Assembly (NCBI GenBank): GCA_043751835.1
Contig: JAYUZK010000009.1
Span: forward strand, 1-32,768
Source of the DNA: Gemmatimonadota bacterium
GTDB taxonomy: Bacteria; Gemmatimonadota; Gemmatimonadetes; Gemmatimonadales; GWC2-71-9
Direction: 5' to 3'
Length of the DNA: 32,768 bases
Made by a program: the position numbers and the translations under genes. The notes below the pieces were generated by a model that saw only the letters and a program-made list of their open reading frames with translations, did not search any database and was not told the origin of the DNA. Shown here in pieces: positions 18,201 through 26,685 of the stretch (position 1 is its first letter; each line of letters opens with the position of its first letter).

Positions 18201-19691
18201 CTAATAGCGGTAGTGATCCGGCTTGTAGGGCCCCTGGGGCTTCACTCCGATGTAAGCCGCCTGTTCGGCGGTCAACCGGGTCAACTTCGCGCCAAGCTTG
18301 TCGAGGTGGAGGCGCGCCACCTTCTCGTCGAGGTGCTTGGGCAGGACGTACACCTGCTTCCCGTACTGGCCGGCGTTCAGGTGCAGCTCGAGCTGGGCCA
18401 TCACCTGATTGGTGAAGCTCGCTGACATCACGAAGCTGGGATGTCCGGTAGCGCAACCGAGATTCAGCAGCCTGCCCTCGGCCAGAATCATCACGCTGTG
18501 CCCATCCGGGAACACCCACTCGTCGTACTGTGGTTTGATGTTGATCCGCTTGATCCCCTTGATCTTCTTGAGGCCGGCCATGTCGATCTCGTTGTCGAAA
18601 TGGCCGATGTTCCCGACGATGGCCTTGTCCTTCATCCGCGCCATGTGATCGGCGGTGATGATGTTGAAGTTGCCGGTCGCCGTGATGAAAATGTCGGCCG
18701 AGGAGATCACGTCCTCGATCGTCAGCACCTGATACCCTTCCATCGCCGCCTGAAGCGCGCAGATCGGGTCGATTTCTGTCACCACCACCCTCGCGCCCTG
18801 GCCGCGAAGGGCCTGCGCGCACCCTTTGCCGACCTCGCCGAACCCGAAGACAACAGTGAGCTTGCCGGAGATCATGACGTCACTGGCCCGGTTGAGTCCA
18901 TCGATGACTGAGTGCCGGCATCCGTAGATGTTGTCGAATTTCGACTTGGTAACCGAGTCGTTGACGTTGATCGCCGGGAACAACAGGGTTCCCGCCTTCA
19001 TCATCTCGTAGAGCCGGTGGACGCCTGTGGTCGTCTCCTCGGAGACACCCCGAATGTCCGCCGCGACCTTGGTCCATCGTCCCGGGTTTTTCTTGGCCTC
19101 GGCTCGCAGCAGGTCGAGGATGACCCCCCATTCCTCCGGGTCGCTCTCGGGTTTGAAGGCCGGAATGGCGCCCGCCTTCTCGTATTCAGCGCCCTTGTGC
19201 ACGAGCATGGTCGCGTCCCCGCCGTCGTCGAGCAGCAGGTTCGGCCCCGAGCCGTCAGGCCACATCATCGCCTGCTCCGTGCACCACCAGTACTCCTCGA
19301 GGGTTTCGCCCTTCCAGGCGTACACCGGCGTCCCTCTCGGATGGTCAGGGGTGCCGTTTCTGCCAACGACCGCGGCGGCTGCCGCATGATCCTGAGTCGA
19401 GAAGATGTTGCAGGACACCCAGCGGACGTCGGCGCCGAGCTCGGTCAGGGTCTCGATCAGGACGGCCGTTTGCACGGTCATGTGCAGCGATCCCATGACC
19501 CGGGCACCGGCCAGCGGCTTCGTGTCCCGGTGCTCGGCCCGAATTGCCATCAGGCCCGGCATTTCCTGCTCCGCCAGACGGATTTCCTTGCGACCAAACT
19601 CGGCCTCGCCAAGGTCACGGACCTTGAACGGGGGCCGACCGGCGGTCTTGGCGGCGTCGAAGGGGTGCAGGTCCAGCGCGGTGGTTGCCAC
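18201..19691 (-). CDS. ahcY: Adenosylhomocysteinase (S-adenosyl-L-homocysteine hydrolase), long form
   Basis: The 496-aa protein is unmistakable: [58 protein letters not shown] (NAD site), HFDNEID and the C-terminal YRY. Confidence 0.95.
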   Translation of the reverse strand: MATTALDLHPFDAAKTAGRPPFKVRDLGEAEFGRKEIRLAEQEMPGLMAIRAEHRDTKPLAGARVMGSLHMTVQTAVLIETLTELGADVRWVSCNIFSTQDHAAAAAVVGRNGTPDHPRGTPVYAWKGETLEEYWWCTEQAMMWPDGSGPNLLLDDGGDATMLVHKGAEYEKAGAIPAFKPESDPEEWGVILDLLRAEAKKNPGRWTKVAADIRGVSEETTTGVHRLYEMMKAGTLLFPAINVNDSVTKSKFDNIYGCRHSVIDGLNRASDVMISGKLTVVFGFGEVGKGCAQALRGQGARVVVTEIDPICALQAAMEGYQVLTIEDVISSADIFITATGNFNIITADHMARMKDKAIVGNIGHFDNEIDMAGLKKIKGIKRINIKPQYDEWVFPDGHSVMILAEGRLLNLGCATGHPSFVMSASFTNQVMAQLELHLNAGQYGKQVYVLPKHLDEKVARLHLDKLGAKLTRLTAEQAAYIGVKPQGPYKPDHYRY

Positions 19692-19693
19692 GA

Positions 19694-20650
19694 TCAGGTT
19701 CTCCCGGTGAGTGAGTTTTTCTTGGCCGAGGCCACGAACAGCAGCGGCCCCTTGGCCGACGGCTGCGGCGGTAGTCCTCGGTATGCCCCTGTTTCAAGGC
19801 CAGCGTCTTCGAACCAGCGACCGATCGTTTCCGCCTCGAAGCCAAGCCACTGATGCCCAACAGTCTCACGATAATCAGTGTGCTCGTGCGGCATCATATC
19901 GGCGACGATCAGGCGGCCTCGCGGTTTGAGCGCTCGACTCGCCTCGCGGATGGCGAGCGCCGGCTCGGCGAGGTGGTGGAGTACCAGCACGATCAGGGCG
20001 AGATCGAGCGACCCGGTCTCGATCGGCAGGGTTTCGAGCGTTCCAAGGCGGAGTTCGATGTTGGCACAGTGGTCGAGCCGCTGACGAGCGGCCGCGAGCA
20101 TCGCCGGCGATTCGTCAACCGCGATGACCCGTGCCACAAACGGCGCGAGGCCGGCGGCCAGCTGTCCGGTGCCGGCACCCAGATCGCCGACCACCCAGTC
20201 GGGTTCGAGCAGGCCGCCCAGTGCCATCCAATTGATGGCGCTGCCGAAGAGTTCGACTCGGAGTCGGTCCCAGTCGCCGGCGCTCGTCGCGAAAAATTCC
20301 TGGCTTCGCGAGTGACGGCCGGAAAGGACAGCGCGGACTCGCTCGGCATCCCGCCGAGCCGCCGTACCACCCGCGAACTGGTTCCGAACGACATCCCAGA
20401 GCTGGCGAGCGTCAGGTTCGAGTGCGGTCGGGTTCAAGCGGTACCAATTGCTCGAGCCGTTCGCCCGGCTGGAGATCCAGCCGTCATCGCTGAGAACCCG
20501 GAGATGCCGGCTGACGGTCGATTGAGGAAGCTGGACGGCCTGACACAGTTCGTTGACCGCGAGCTCCTGGCTTTCCAACAGCAAAAGGAGCCGGCACCGG
20601 GTGGCGTCGGACAGGGCGCTGAGGCGGGAAAAAAGCGGCGCTGTTGTCAT
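19694..20650 (-). CDS. ArsR-family HTH regulator fused to a class I SAM-methyltransferase-fold domain (SahR-like)
   Basis: The N-terminal winged HTH ([44 protein letters not shown]) is ArsR type. The C-terminal domain carries methyltransferase motif [17 protein letters not shown]. Its stop codon lies 2 nt before the ahcY start. Confidence 0.8.
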   Translation of the reverse strand: MTTAPLFSRLSALSDATRCRLLLLLESQELAVNELCQAVQLPQSTVSRHLRVLSDDGWISSRANGSSNWYRLNPTALEPDARQLWDVVRNQFAGGTAARRDAERVRAVLSGRHSRSQEFFATSAGDWDRLRVELFGSAINWMALGGLLEPDWVVGDLGAGTGQLAAGLAPFVARVIAVDESPAMLAAARQRLDHCANIELRLGTLETLPIETGSLDLALIVLVLHHLAEPALAIREASRALKPRGRLIVADMMPHEHTDYRETVGHQWLGFEAETIGRWFEDAGLETGAYRGLPPQPSAKGPLLFVASAKKNSLTGRT

Positions 20651-20748
20651 CCTTTAATCCGGCTATATAGATACAACGCCGAGTCAATGGAGTCAACTGT
20701 CGGGAGATACTTCCATAAGATATTGTTTTACATATAGTTGCAGCACAA
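20651..20748 (-). promoter_or_regulatory. AT-rich promoter/operator region upstream of the SahR-like/ahcY operon
   Basis: This 98-bp segment is strikingly AT-rich within GC-rich DNA. It contains palindrome CTATATAG (20663-20670), the related CATATAG (20731-20737), and direct repeat GAGTCAA x2 (20681-20687, 20690-20696), which reads TTGACT x2 on the coding strand. Exact -35/-10 assignment is ambiguous. Confidence 0.45.
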
Positions 20749-22134
20749 TCAAAGAGGCGGGTCCACCTCGTGCCAATGGGTTAGCCGCTGGTAGACCATC
20801 CCGAGCGATAACAAGGTGTCCTCCCGGCCAAGGTCGCTGACCAACTGCATCGCGATGGGCAGACCAGACCGGCTCCGACCGCACGGCAGGGCGAGCGCGG
20901 GGGCCCCCGTCAGGTTCTGAGGCGCGTTGTAGTGGCAGAAGGCTTCCGCCAATGATCGTTCCCGACCGGCAGGGCCCACGGTCAGGGTTCCGATCAGCGG
21001 GGGCAGGACCGGCAGCACGGCACCGACCAGGCAATCGACCTCGCGGAAGAGGGCCTGATACTCGGCTGCCAACCGAAGGCGCGCTTCTTCGGCCCGAACC
21101 AGCTGCAAGGCCGTGAGTTGGTAGCCGGTTTCCAGGCGAGACCGGACCAGCGGGCCGTACCCGCCAGGGTTGTCACGGAGGAACTGATCGTGGTAGCTCA
21201 GCGCCTCGGCCCCGACGATGACCCGGGATGCCTCGAGTGCCTCCTCGAGAGATGGGAGCTCGACGGAAGAAATCCGAGCGCCGAGCTTCTCGAGCGTCTG
21301 GATTGCCACTTCGATGGCCCGCCCGATCTCGTCGTCGACGTCGCGGAGCAGGAACTCCGACACGGCGATCCGGGGCCGTCGCAGGCGTCGGGACAGCGCG
21401 CCGCGAGCACGGCGCGCCGACGCCCGCGACGTGACCATTGACTCGAACAGCAGCGCGACATCCTCCACCGTCCGCGCGATCGGGCCGACATGATCCAGCG
21501 TCGCGGCCAAGGGGAATACGCCGTCGCAACTCACGGCTCCGAAGGTCGGCTTCAGTCCGACCACGCCGCAGCAGGCGGCTGGGATTCGGATCGAGCCGCG
21601 CGTGTCGGTGCCCACTGAGCCCAAGCCCAGCCCGGCCGCCACCGCGACGGCGGATCCGCCGCTCGAGCCTCCCGCCACGCGGTCGGTGCTCCACGGGTTG
21701 CGAGCCGGGCCGAAATGCTCGTTGACCGTGGTCACCCCGAAGGCTACCTCGTGCAGATTGGCTTTCCCGATCACGATGGCGCCCGCGCGCCGAAGCCGGG
21801 CAACGACCGGGGCGTCCATGCCGGCCGGAATTCCCTCGGGCAGGATTCGCGATCCCATCGTGGTTGCGGCATCCCGGGTGAGAATGAGGTCTTTGATCGA
21901 AATCGGAATCCCGAGGAGTGGCGGCCGGCTGGCGCGCGAAGCCAGTCGTCGCTCCGCCTTCCGAGCCGCCTTCCGCGCTTCGTCGGCGGTGACGGTGAGG
22001 AGGGCGTTGAGCAAGGGGTTGAGCCGGTCGATTCGGTCGAGCGTGCTGTCGATCAACTCGATCGGGGACAGACGGCGGGCGCGGAGAAGACGAACGGCAC
22101 CGGCGATGGTCAGGCGGGGCGATGAGGCGGCCAT
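20749..22134 (-). CDS. Amidase (amidase-signature family)
   Basis: ORF 20749..22212 (-), trimmed to MAASSPRLTIAGAVRLL. It has the catalytic Lys context GIPISIKDL, the signature GGSSGGSAVAVAAG, and TDTRGSIRIPAACCG. Confidence 0.85.
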   Translation of the reverse strand: MAASSPRLTIAGAVRLLRARRLSPIELIDSTLDRIDRLNPLLNALLTVTADEARKAARKAERRLASRASRPPLLGIPISIKDLILTRDAATTMGSRILPEGIPAGMDAPVVARLRRAGAIVIGKANLHEVAFGVTTVNEHFGPARNPWSTDRVAGGSSGGSAVAVAAGLGLGSVGTDTRGSIRIPAACCGVVGLKPTFGAVSCDGVFPLAATLDHVGPIARTVEDVALLFESMVTSRASARRARGALSRRLRRPRIAVSEFLLRDVDDEIGRAIEVAIQTLEKLGARISSVELPSLEEALEASRVIVGAEALSYHDQFLRDNPGGYGPLVRSRLETGYQLTALQLVRAEEARLRLAAEYQALFREVDCLVGAVLPVLPPLIGTLTVGPAGRERSLAEAFCHYNAPQNLTGAPALALPCGRSRSGLPIAMQLVSDLGREDTLLSLGMVYQRLTHWHEVDPPL

Positions 22135-22257
22135 GCGTGATAATAACCCGGGTCGTCCCGTCCTCCTCCCTTGCCGTAGGGGGTTTTTGGGCCCGGCCAT
22201 GTCATATTTCACGGCGGTTCGAGCCGTTCGGTTCGAGCGCCATTCGAGGAGAGTGTA

Positions 22258-22803
22258 TTGGTGACGAACGTTCGACGAGTCATTCGCCTGGTGATCGCGA
22301 TGGGGGTCCTCACGACCGGGACGGTGCTCTTGGCGCAGGAGCGCCGCCCGGAGCGCCCGGCTCAGAAACCGGAGAAGGAAAAGGAAGTCGTACTGAAGGT
22401 GAAGCTGGACAAGAAACTCAAGTTCATGGCCGGATGCTGGCGGGGACGCCTGGATCCCGACACTGAGGTGGAGGAGATCTGGACCAATCCGACCGAAAAC
22501 CTCCTGACCTCGACGACTCGGTACCTTCGGAAGAACCGCGCCACGTCCTTCGAGATGAGCCGGATTCTGGCCACCGACTCGGCGGTGACCTTTTCAGCCT
22601 CCTCCGAAGGGCGGCCGTTCGATGAGTACACGATGACCCAACTCGTCGACGAATTCGTCCTGTTCGAGAATCCGAAGAAACCTTTTCCCCAGAAGATCAG
22701 CTATCGGCTCGCGTCGGACGGCAGTCTGATCCCCCGGAACGAGGGCGACGGGCAGACCGCAGTCGAAGTCCGCTTCAAGAAAGTGAAGTGTCCCGGCACC
22801 TGA
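22258..22803 (+). CDS. Secreted DUF6265-like protein
   Basis: TTG/GTG start at 22258/22261. N-terminal signal/anchor IRLVIAMGVLTTGTVLLAQ. FMAGCWRG...EEIWT...FENPKKPFPQKISY matches my recollection of the DUF6265 pattern. The family call is from memory only. Confidence 0.6.
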   Translation: MVTNVRRVIRLVIAMGVLTTGTVLLAQERRPERPAQKPEKEKEVVLKVKLDKKLKFMAGCWRGRLDPDTEVEEIWTNPTENLLTSTTRYLRKNRATSFEMSRILATDSAVTFSASSEGRPFDEYTMTQLVDEFVLFENPKKPFPQKISYRLASDGSLIPRNEGDGQTAVEVRFKKVKCPGT

Positions 22804-23034
22804 CTCAGGGCTTGGGAGGGTTCTTTCCCCGGCTTACGAGCCAGGTCCCGGCCCCCCGCCCCCTCGAGAACACCCTCGAAAGTGGTTGACGTCGTCTCAC
22901 CAGTCTCGGGGTCGGGGTACGGCTCAAGCCAGCCAGTGACCTCTTTTCCTTCACAGCGCACGAAGCTGATCTTGATCACTCTGGGCACTGTTCGTGAAGA
23001 CAACATTGAGAGGGCGAGGAAGGCGGAACCGGCG

Positions 23035-24102
23035 TTACTTCCAGCGAAAGATTCTGACGGCCAAGGTGAAACACACCACGAGCCAGGCGGCCAGAACTCC
23101 GAACGCCAGCGACAACTGGGTGATTCCGGCACCCTCGAGCATGACGCCCCGAATACCATCGTTGAGGGCGGTCAGGGGAAGAGCCTTGATGAACGGCTGC
23201 ATCGCGTCGGGGAAATTGCCCGACGAGAAGAAAACCCCCGACAAGACCCACATCGGCAGCATGACGACGTTCATCAGTCCCGATGCCGCTTCGACCGTCT
23301 TTGGCCGCGCGGCGATGAGCAAGCCCAGCCCGCCGAACGCCATCGAGCCGACCAGGCACAGCGCCGTGAGGGTGAGGATCGAGCCGCGAAGTGGCACGCC
23401 GAAGGCCAGGACCCCGAAGCTCACCAGGAAACCAATCTCGATCACCAGTAGCGTCAGCCGGGCCAGAACGAAGGAAGCGAGGTATTCGGCTCGTGACATC
23501 GGGGTCGCCACAAATCGGCGCAACAGCTTCTTCCGGCGCTGATCGACGACCGAGAAACCGATCCCCCACATGCTGCTGGCCATCAGATTCATGCCCAGCA
23601 GGCCCGGGATCAGAAAGTCGATGTACCGGGACCCGCGTTCCCGCACGAGTGCGTTGGTCGCTGGTACCGGATCCTGGCGTCCCGATGATCGCTGCAGCGC
23701 GTCATCGACGATGCGCCGCGCGGAAACGGCCTCCGGGCGGCTGTCGTCGAACCGGTATTCGACCCCACCGCCGGCGGTCGGAACCACGAGCAGCGCCACC
23801 TTCCCGGTCCGCAGCAGGCGGGTGCCGGCGGAGTCGTCGACCTCGCGAACGTCGAGTTGGGTTTCGTTGTTGAGCCCCGCGCTCACCACGGCAGACGCCT
23901 CCGTCCGCACGACAGCGACCTTGACCACCTCCGGGGGCTTGCTGCGAAAGGCGAGTCCCAGCCCCGCCGCCATCAGGAGGGGGAAGACAAAGGTCCAGAA
24001 CAAGGCTTCGGGTTCGCGAAAAAATTCGCGGTACCGCGCCAGTGTCAGCTGGACGATGGCGCGATCACGCCAGTGGCGCGGGTCTGCCTTGGGGTCAGCC
24101 AT
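23035..24102 (-). CDS. ABC-2 type exporter permease
   Basis: A 355-aa protein with an N-terminal TM, a large extracytoplasmic loop and then 5 clustered TMs, typical of ABC-2/YadH-like permeases. Its start overlaps the ATPase stop by 8 nt. Confidence 0.85.
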   Translation of the reverse strand: MADPKADPRHWRDRAIVQLTLARYREFFREPEALFWTFVFPLLMAAGLGLAFRSKPPEVVKVAVVRTEASAVVSAGLNNETQLDVREVDDSAGTRLLRTGKVALLVVPTAGGGVEYRFDDSRPEAVSARRIVDDALQRSSGRQDPVPATNALVRERGSRYIDFLIPGLLGMNLMASSMWGIGFSVVDQRRKKLLRRFVATPMSRAEYLASFVLARLTLLVIEIGFLVSFGVLAFGVPLRGSILTLTALCLVGSMAFGGLGLLIAARPKTVEAASGLMNVVMLPMWVLSGVFFSSGNFPDAMQPFIKALPLTALNDGIRGVMLEGAGITQLSLAFGVLAAWLVVCFTLAVRIFRWK

Positions 24103-25030
24103 CGCGGAGGTGCCGACCGGTCAGATGGACGAAGACGTCCTCGAGCGTCGCGGTGTGGGTCACGAGTTCTGACAGGGCGCCGTTCCGCCCGTTGATCAGC
24201 AAGAGCAGCGCGGGGATTGTCTGATGAATCCGGGTCACTTCGAGCTGATACCGGCCTTCTTTGACCCGAACCTTGGTGACCCCCGGCAATCCGGCAAGGT
24301 CCGACTCCGGCAGGGTGAGGCCCTCGAGCGTGAACTCGACGACGTGCTCGCTTCCGAGGAGTGCGATCAATTCGCGAGGCGTGCCCAGGGCAATGATGTT
24401 TCCGTGATCAACGATCGCCACCCGGTCGCAGAGATGTTCGGCCTCATCCATGTAGTGGGTGGTGATGATGACGGTCCGACCCTCGGATTTGAATCGATCG
24501 ATCAGGTCCCAGACCTGGCGACGGGATAGCGGGTCGAGACCGGTCGTCGGCTCGTCGAGGAAGAACAGGTCGGGATCCCCGACCAGTGCACAGGCCAGGG
24601 CGAGGCGCTGTTTCTGTCCGCCGGACAGTTGGCCGACGCGGGCCGTTCGCTTTTCGTCGAGCTGAACCGCCGCTATCACGTCGTCGACCGGCCGTCTGCG
24701 GGGGTAGAAGCTGCGGAAGAGGCGGATCGTTTCCTCAACGGTGAGCTTCTCGGTCAGTTGGGTTTCCTGGAGCGAAATCCCGATCGCCGCCCGGATGGCC
24801 AGGGCGTTGTCGCGGTGTCGCATGCCGAGCACCAGGACCTCGCCCTCGTCCGGCTCGTTGAGGCCCTCGCAGATCTCGATGGTCGTCGTCTTGCCAGCGC
24901 CATTCGGCCCGAGCAGGCCGAAACACTCGCCCCGAGCAACCTCGAGGTCGAGACCGGCGACGGCGACGAGGTCGCCGTACCGCTTTACAAGGCCTCTGAT
25001 CGAGAGTGCCGGGGTCGCCGTTGTATTCAC
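24095..25030 (-). CDS. ABC transporter ATP-binding protein
   Basis: Within ORF 24095..25804 (-), only the C-terminal ~311 aa look like protein. Motifs are Walker A GLLGPNGAGKTT, signature LSGGQKQRL and Walker B LFFLDEPTTGLD. I place the start at GTG 25030-25028 (VNTTATPALSIRGL...), which overlaps the upstream ORF's stop as GTGA. Confidence 0.88.
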   Translation of the reverse strand: MNTTATPALSIRGLVKRYGDLVAVAGLDLEVARGECFGLLGPNGAGKTTTIEICEGLNEPDEGEVLVLGMRHRDNALAIRAAIGISLQETQLTEKLTVEETIRLFRSFYPRRRPVDDVIAAVQLDEKRTARVGQLSGGQKQRLALACALVGDPDLFFLDEPTTGLDPLSRRQVWDLIDRFKSEGRTVIITTHYMDEAEHLCDRVAIVDHGNIIALGTPRELIALLGSEHVVEFTLEGLTLPESDLAGLPGVTKVRVKEGRYQLEVTRIHQTIPALLLLINGRNGALSELVTHTATLEDVFVHLTGRHLRDG

Positions 25031-25437
25031 GCGTCGGGGGTTCTGGGCCTCAAGGGTAACGCTGCCAGCTCCAGGTGGCCAGCGGGGTTGCGACCGCTCC
25101 AGTCCTGCCGCGAAGGAGTCAGAATCGGCGTCGGATCCCGCCGGCCTGCCAGGAGCCGTTCGGCAAAGTCGATCCGGTTCTCCAGTTCCCCGACCCGAGC
25201 GGTCAGCATCTCGATGTCCCCATTGCGCGTTTCCAGCTCGGCCTGAAGCTCGGCGACTTGGCGCCGGCGGCCTGGACGCCGAAGCCCGCGATCGTCGTCC
25301 GTATCCCATCCGTCGACTCGCCACCAACGCCGGCGGCTCCAACTCCACCCGACACTCCACCGGACCGCCGGGACAATGACGAACACCACCCAGAATAGCG
25401 ACCAGAAACTCGGGAAGCCTGCTAGCACGGGTGCCAT
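25027..25437 (-). CDS. Small membrane protein with Trp-rich TM and coiled-coil (PspB-like tail, tentative)
   Basis: A 136-aa ORF with TM FWSLFWVVFVIVPAV, Arg/Trp-rich juxtamembrane WSWSRRRWWRVDGW, and a heptad-like segment VAELQAELETRNGDIEMLTARVGELENRIDFAERLLA. It sits between padR and the ABC ATPase and is coupled by the GTGA overlap. Confidence 0.6.
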   Translation of the reverse strand: MAPVLAGFPSFWSLFWVVFVIVPAVRWSVGWSWSRRRWWRVDGWDTDDDRGLRRPGRRRQVAELQAELETRNGDIEMLTARVGELENRIDFAERLLAGRRDPTPILTPSRQDWSGRNPAGHLELAALPLRPRTPDA

Positions 25438-25446
25438 GGATCCCCC

Positions 25447-26034
25447 TTAGACCTTTTCCCATTCGCGTTCGATCTCGTCCGCGGCACGCTTCAGAATTTC
25501 CACGATTCGCGGCACCGCCGGGTGGTCGCCGCCCGAGCGCCAGGCCCGCTTGTAGGTCAATCCGGCGAGTCGGGTGAAGGTGTGGTTGAGGTCCGCCATG
25601 TGACCGCCGGCGAAGTCCCGCACCGTGTCGCGGACCCGATCGAAGATGTCGTCGAGCAGGTCGCGGTTCTCGTCCAGAAACTGCTCGCCTTCGGGTGTGA
25701 TGTGATAGACTTTCTTGCCCTCCTCCTCCACCGCGCGGACGTATCCCTGGTCTTCGAGCAGTTGCAGGGTAGGGTAGACGGTTCCGGCCGACGCGGTGTA
25801 GCATCCGCGGAGACGTTCCTCGAGCGCCTTGATCACGTCATAACCGTGGCGAGGTTTCTCCCGGAGCAATCGGAGAATCACGAACTTCACTTCGCCTGAT
25901 TCAAACATCTGGCGGCGGCGGCGGCCCCAATTGCGCTGACCTCCAGGTCCTCCGAAACGGAATGCCAACTTGCTGGGGTCGAAATCAAACCCGAATAGCT
26001 TGCCTAAGCCCCAGTCATCAAAGTCTTTAGCCAT
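25447..26034 (-). CDS. PadR family transcriptional regulator
   Basis: The winged-helix core VILRLLREKPRHGYDVIKALEERLRGCYTASAGTVYPTLQLLEDQGYV is diagnostic of PadR. There is a ~45-aa Gly/Arg-rich N-terminal extension and a C-terminal helical domain. Confidence 0.9.
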   Translation of the reverse strand: MAKDFDDWGLGKLFGFDFDPSKLAFRFGGPGGQRNWGRRRRQMFESGEVKFVILRLLREKPRHGYDVIKALEERLRGCYTASAGTVYPTLQLLEDQGYVRAVEEEGKKVYHITPEGEQFLDENRDLLDDIFDRVRDTVRDFAGGHMADLNHTFTRLAGLTYKRAWRSGGDHPAVPRIVEILKRAADEIEREWEKV

Positions 26035-26077
26035 TTTAAAATATCCTTCCCGAGAACGATGGTGAGCGGCGACAATA

Positions 26078-26152
26078 ACATGTCGTACAATGTATCATAC
26101 GATATATCGTACGATAGGTTTCGATATATGTCAAGATATATCGTCAGATATA
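26078..26152. promoter_or_regulatory. AT-rich divergent control region with palindromes and phased GATATA repeats
   Basis: Read directly: ACATGT (26078-26083); inverted repeat TCGTA-N10-TACGA (26083-26102); perfect 14-bp palindrome TACGATATATCGTA (26098-26111); inverted repeat CGATATAT-N6-ATATATCG (26122-26143). GATATA occurs at 26101, 26123, 26135 and 26147, with degenerate GATAGG at 26113, so spacing is 10-12 bp. Confidence 0.5.
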
Positions 26153-26195
26153 ACTTATCGTTCCACTGTGGAACTGATCGACTCTTCATCCCCGT

Positions 26196-26630
26196 ATGCG
26201 GGCGTTGTTTCCAGCGAATACGTCGTCCAGTTCCACTTTCACGCGGAGGTGCCCCGCGTTCGTTCTCTCCAAGTCCGTTGCGATCACCGCGACATTCCTG
26301 ACCCGGTCGCTGGTGATTCCGGCGATCGGCATGGTGATCGTGTGCCAGTTGATCTGGCACGTCACGCCAGTGGCCACCCACTTTCCCGAGGCAATCGGGA
26401 TTCAGGCCCTCCACCAGACGTTCTACATCTCGCTCACGCTCATCCTTCCCAACCTGATCCCCCAATGGATCGTGGTGGCCATGCCGTGGAGCTTGGCGTC
26501 GGCTGCGGCGTCGATTGCGGTTTGGCAGCCGATCCCGGCCCCGCTGTGGATTCCCGCGCTGGCCACGGCCGGCTGGACCGTTCTGGTCCTCGTCGTCGCG
26601 CTCTGGCGGTTCGGGTGGGAGGAGTTCTAG
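26196..26630 (+). CDS. Small polytopic membrane protein, unknown function
   Basis: A 144-aa ORF with high GC3 when read by hand, especially from the internal Met at 26331. It has 3-4 hydrophobic segments (VIPAIGMVIVCQLIW, FYISLTLILPNLIPQWIVVAM, LWIPALATAGWTVLVLVVALW). It is divergent from padR. The start is uncertain. Confidence 0.5.
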   Translation: MRALFPANTSSSSTFTRRCPAFVLSKSVAITATFLTRSLVIPAIGMVIVCQLIWHVTPVATHFPEAIGIQALHQTFYISLTLILPNLIPQWIVVAMPWSLASAAASIAVWQPIPAPLWIPALATAGWTVLVLVVALWRFGWEEF

Positions 26631-26685
26631 CGCCGCGCCTCGCCTTGCGAAACACCTGACCGGCCCAGAGATTCGGGGCGGCCGG

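Noticed and set aside
19692-19693. An SAH riboswitch in front of ahcY, a common arrangement in some Proteobacteria.
   Set aside because: Only 2 nt separate ahcY from the upstream regulator gene, so there is no room for a riboswitch.
22701-23159. A minus-strand ORF covering the 230-bp convergent spacer between the DUF6265-like gene and the ABC permease. It contains a protein-like stretch (VIKISFVRCEGKEVTGWLEPYPDPETGE).
   Set aside because: Its third-position GC is clearly lower than in the real genes here. It would overlap the 3' ends of both flanking genes by ~100 nt or more, and I recognise no domain. It may be a decayed remnant, but I cannot support it.
25031-25804. An N-terminal ~260-aa extension of the ABC ATPase, shown in the track as a single 569-aa ORF (24095..25804).
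   Set aside because: The extension is Arg/Gly/Pro-rich low-complexity sequence and overlaps the padR coding region on the same strand in another frame. The conserved ATPase domain starts right after GTG 25030. A separate, better-looking 136-aa ORF occupies 25027-25437.
26078-26152. A possible mini-CRISPR or tandem-repeat locus, because of the regularly spaced short repeats.
   Set aside because: The repeat units are only 6-14 bp at 10-12 bp spacing with no spacer-like unique segments, and there are no cas genes. The geometry fits protein-binding operators, not CRISPR.
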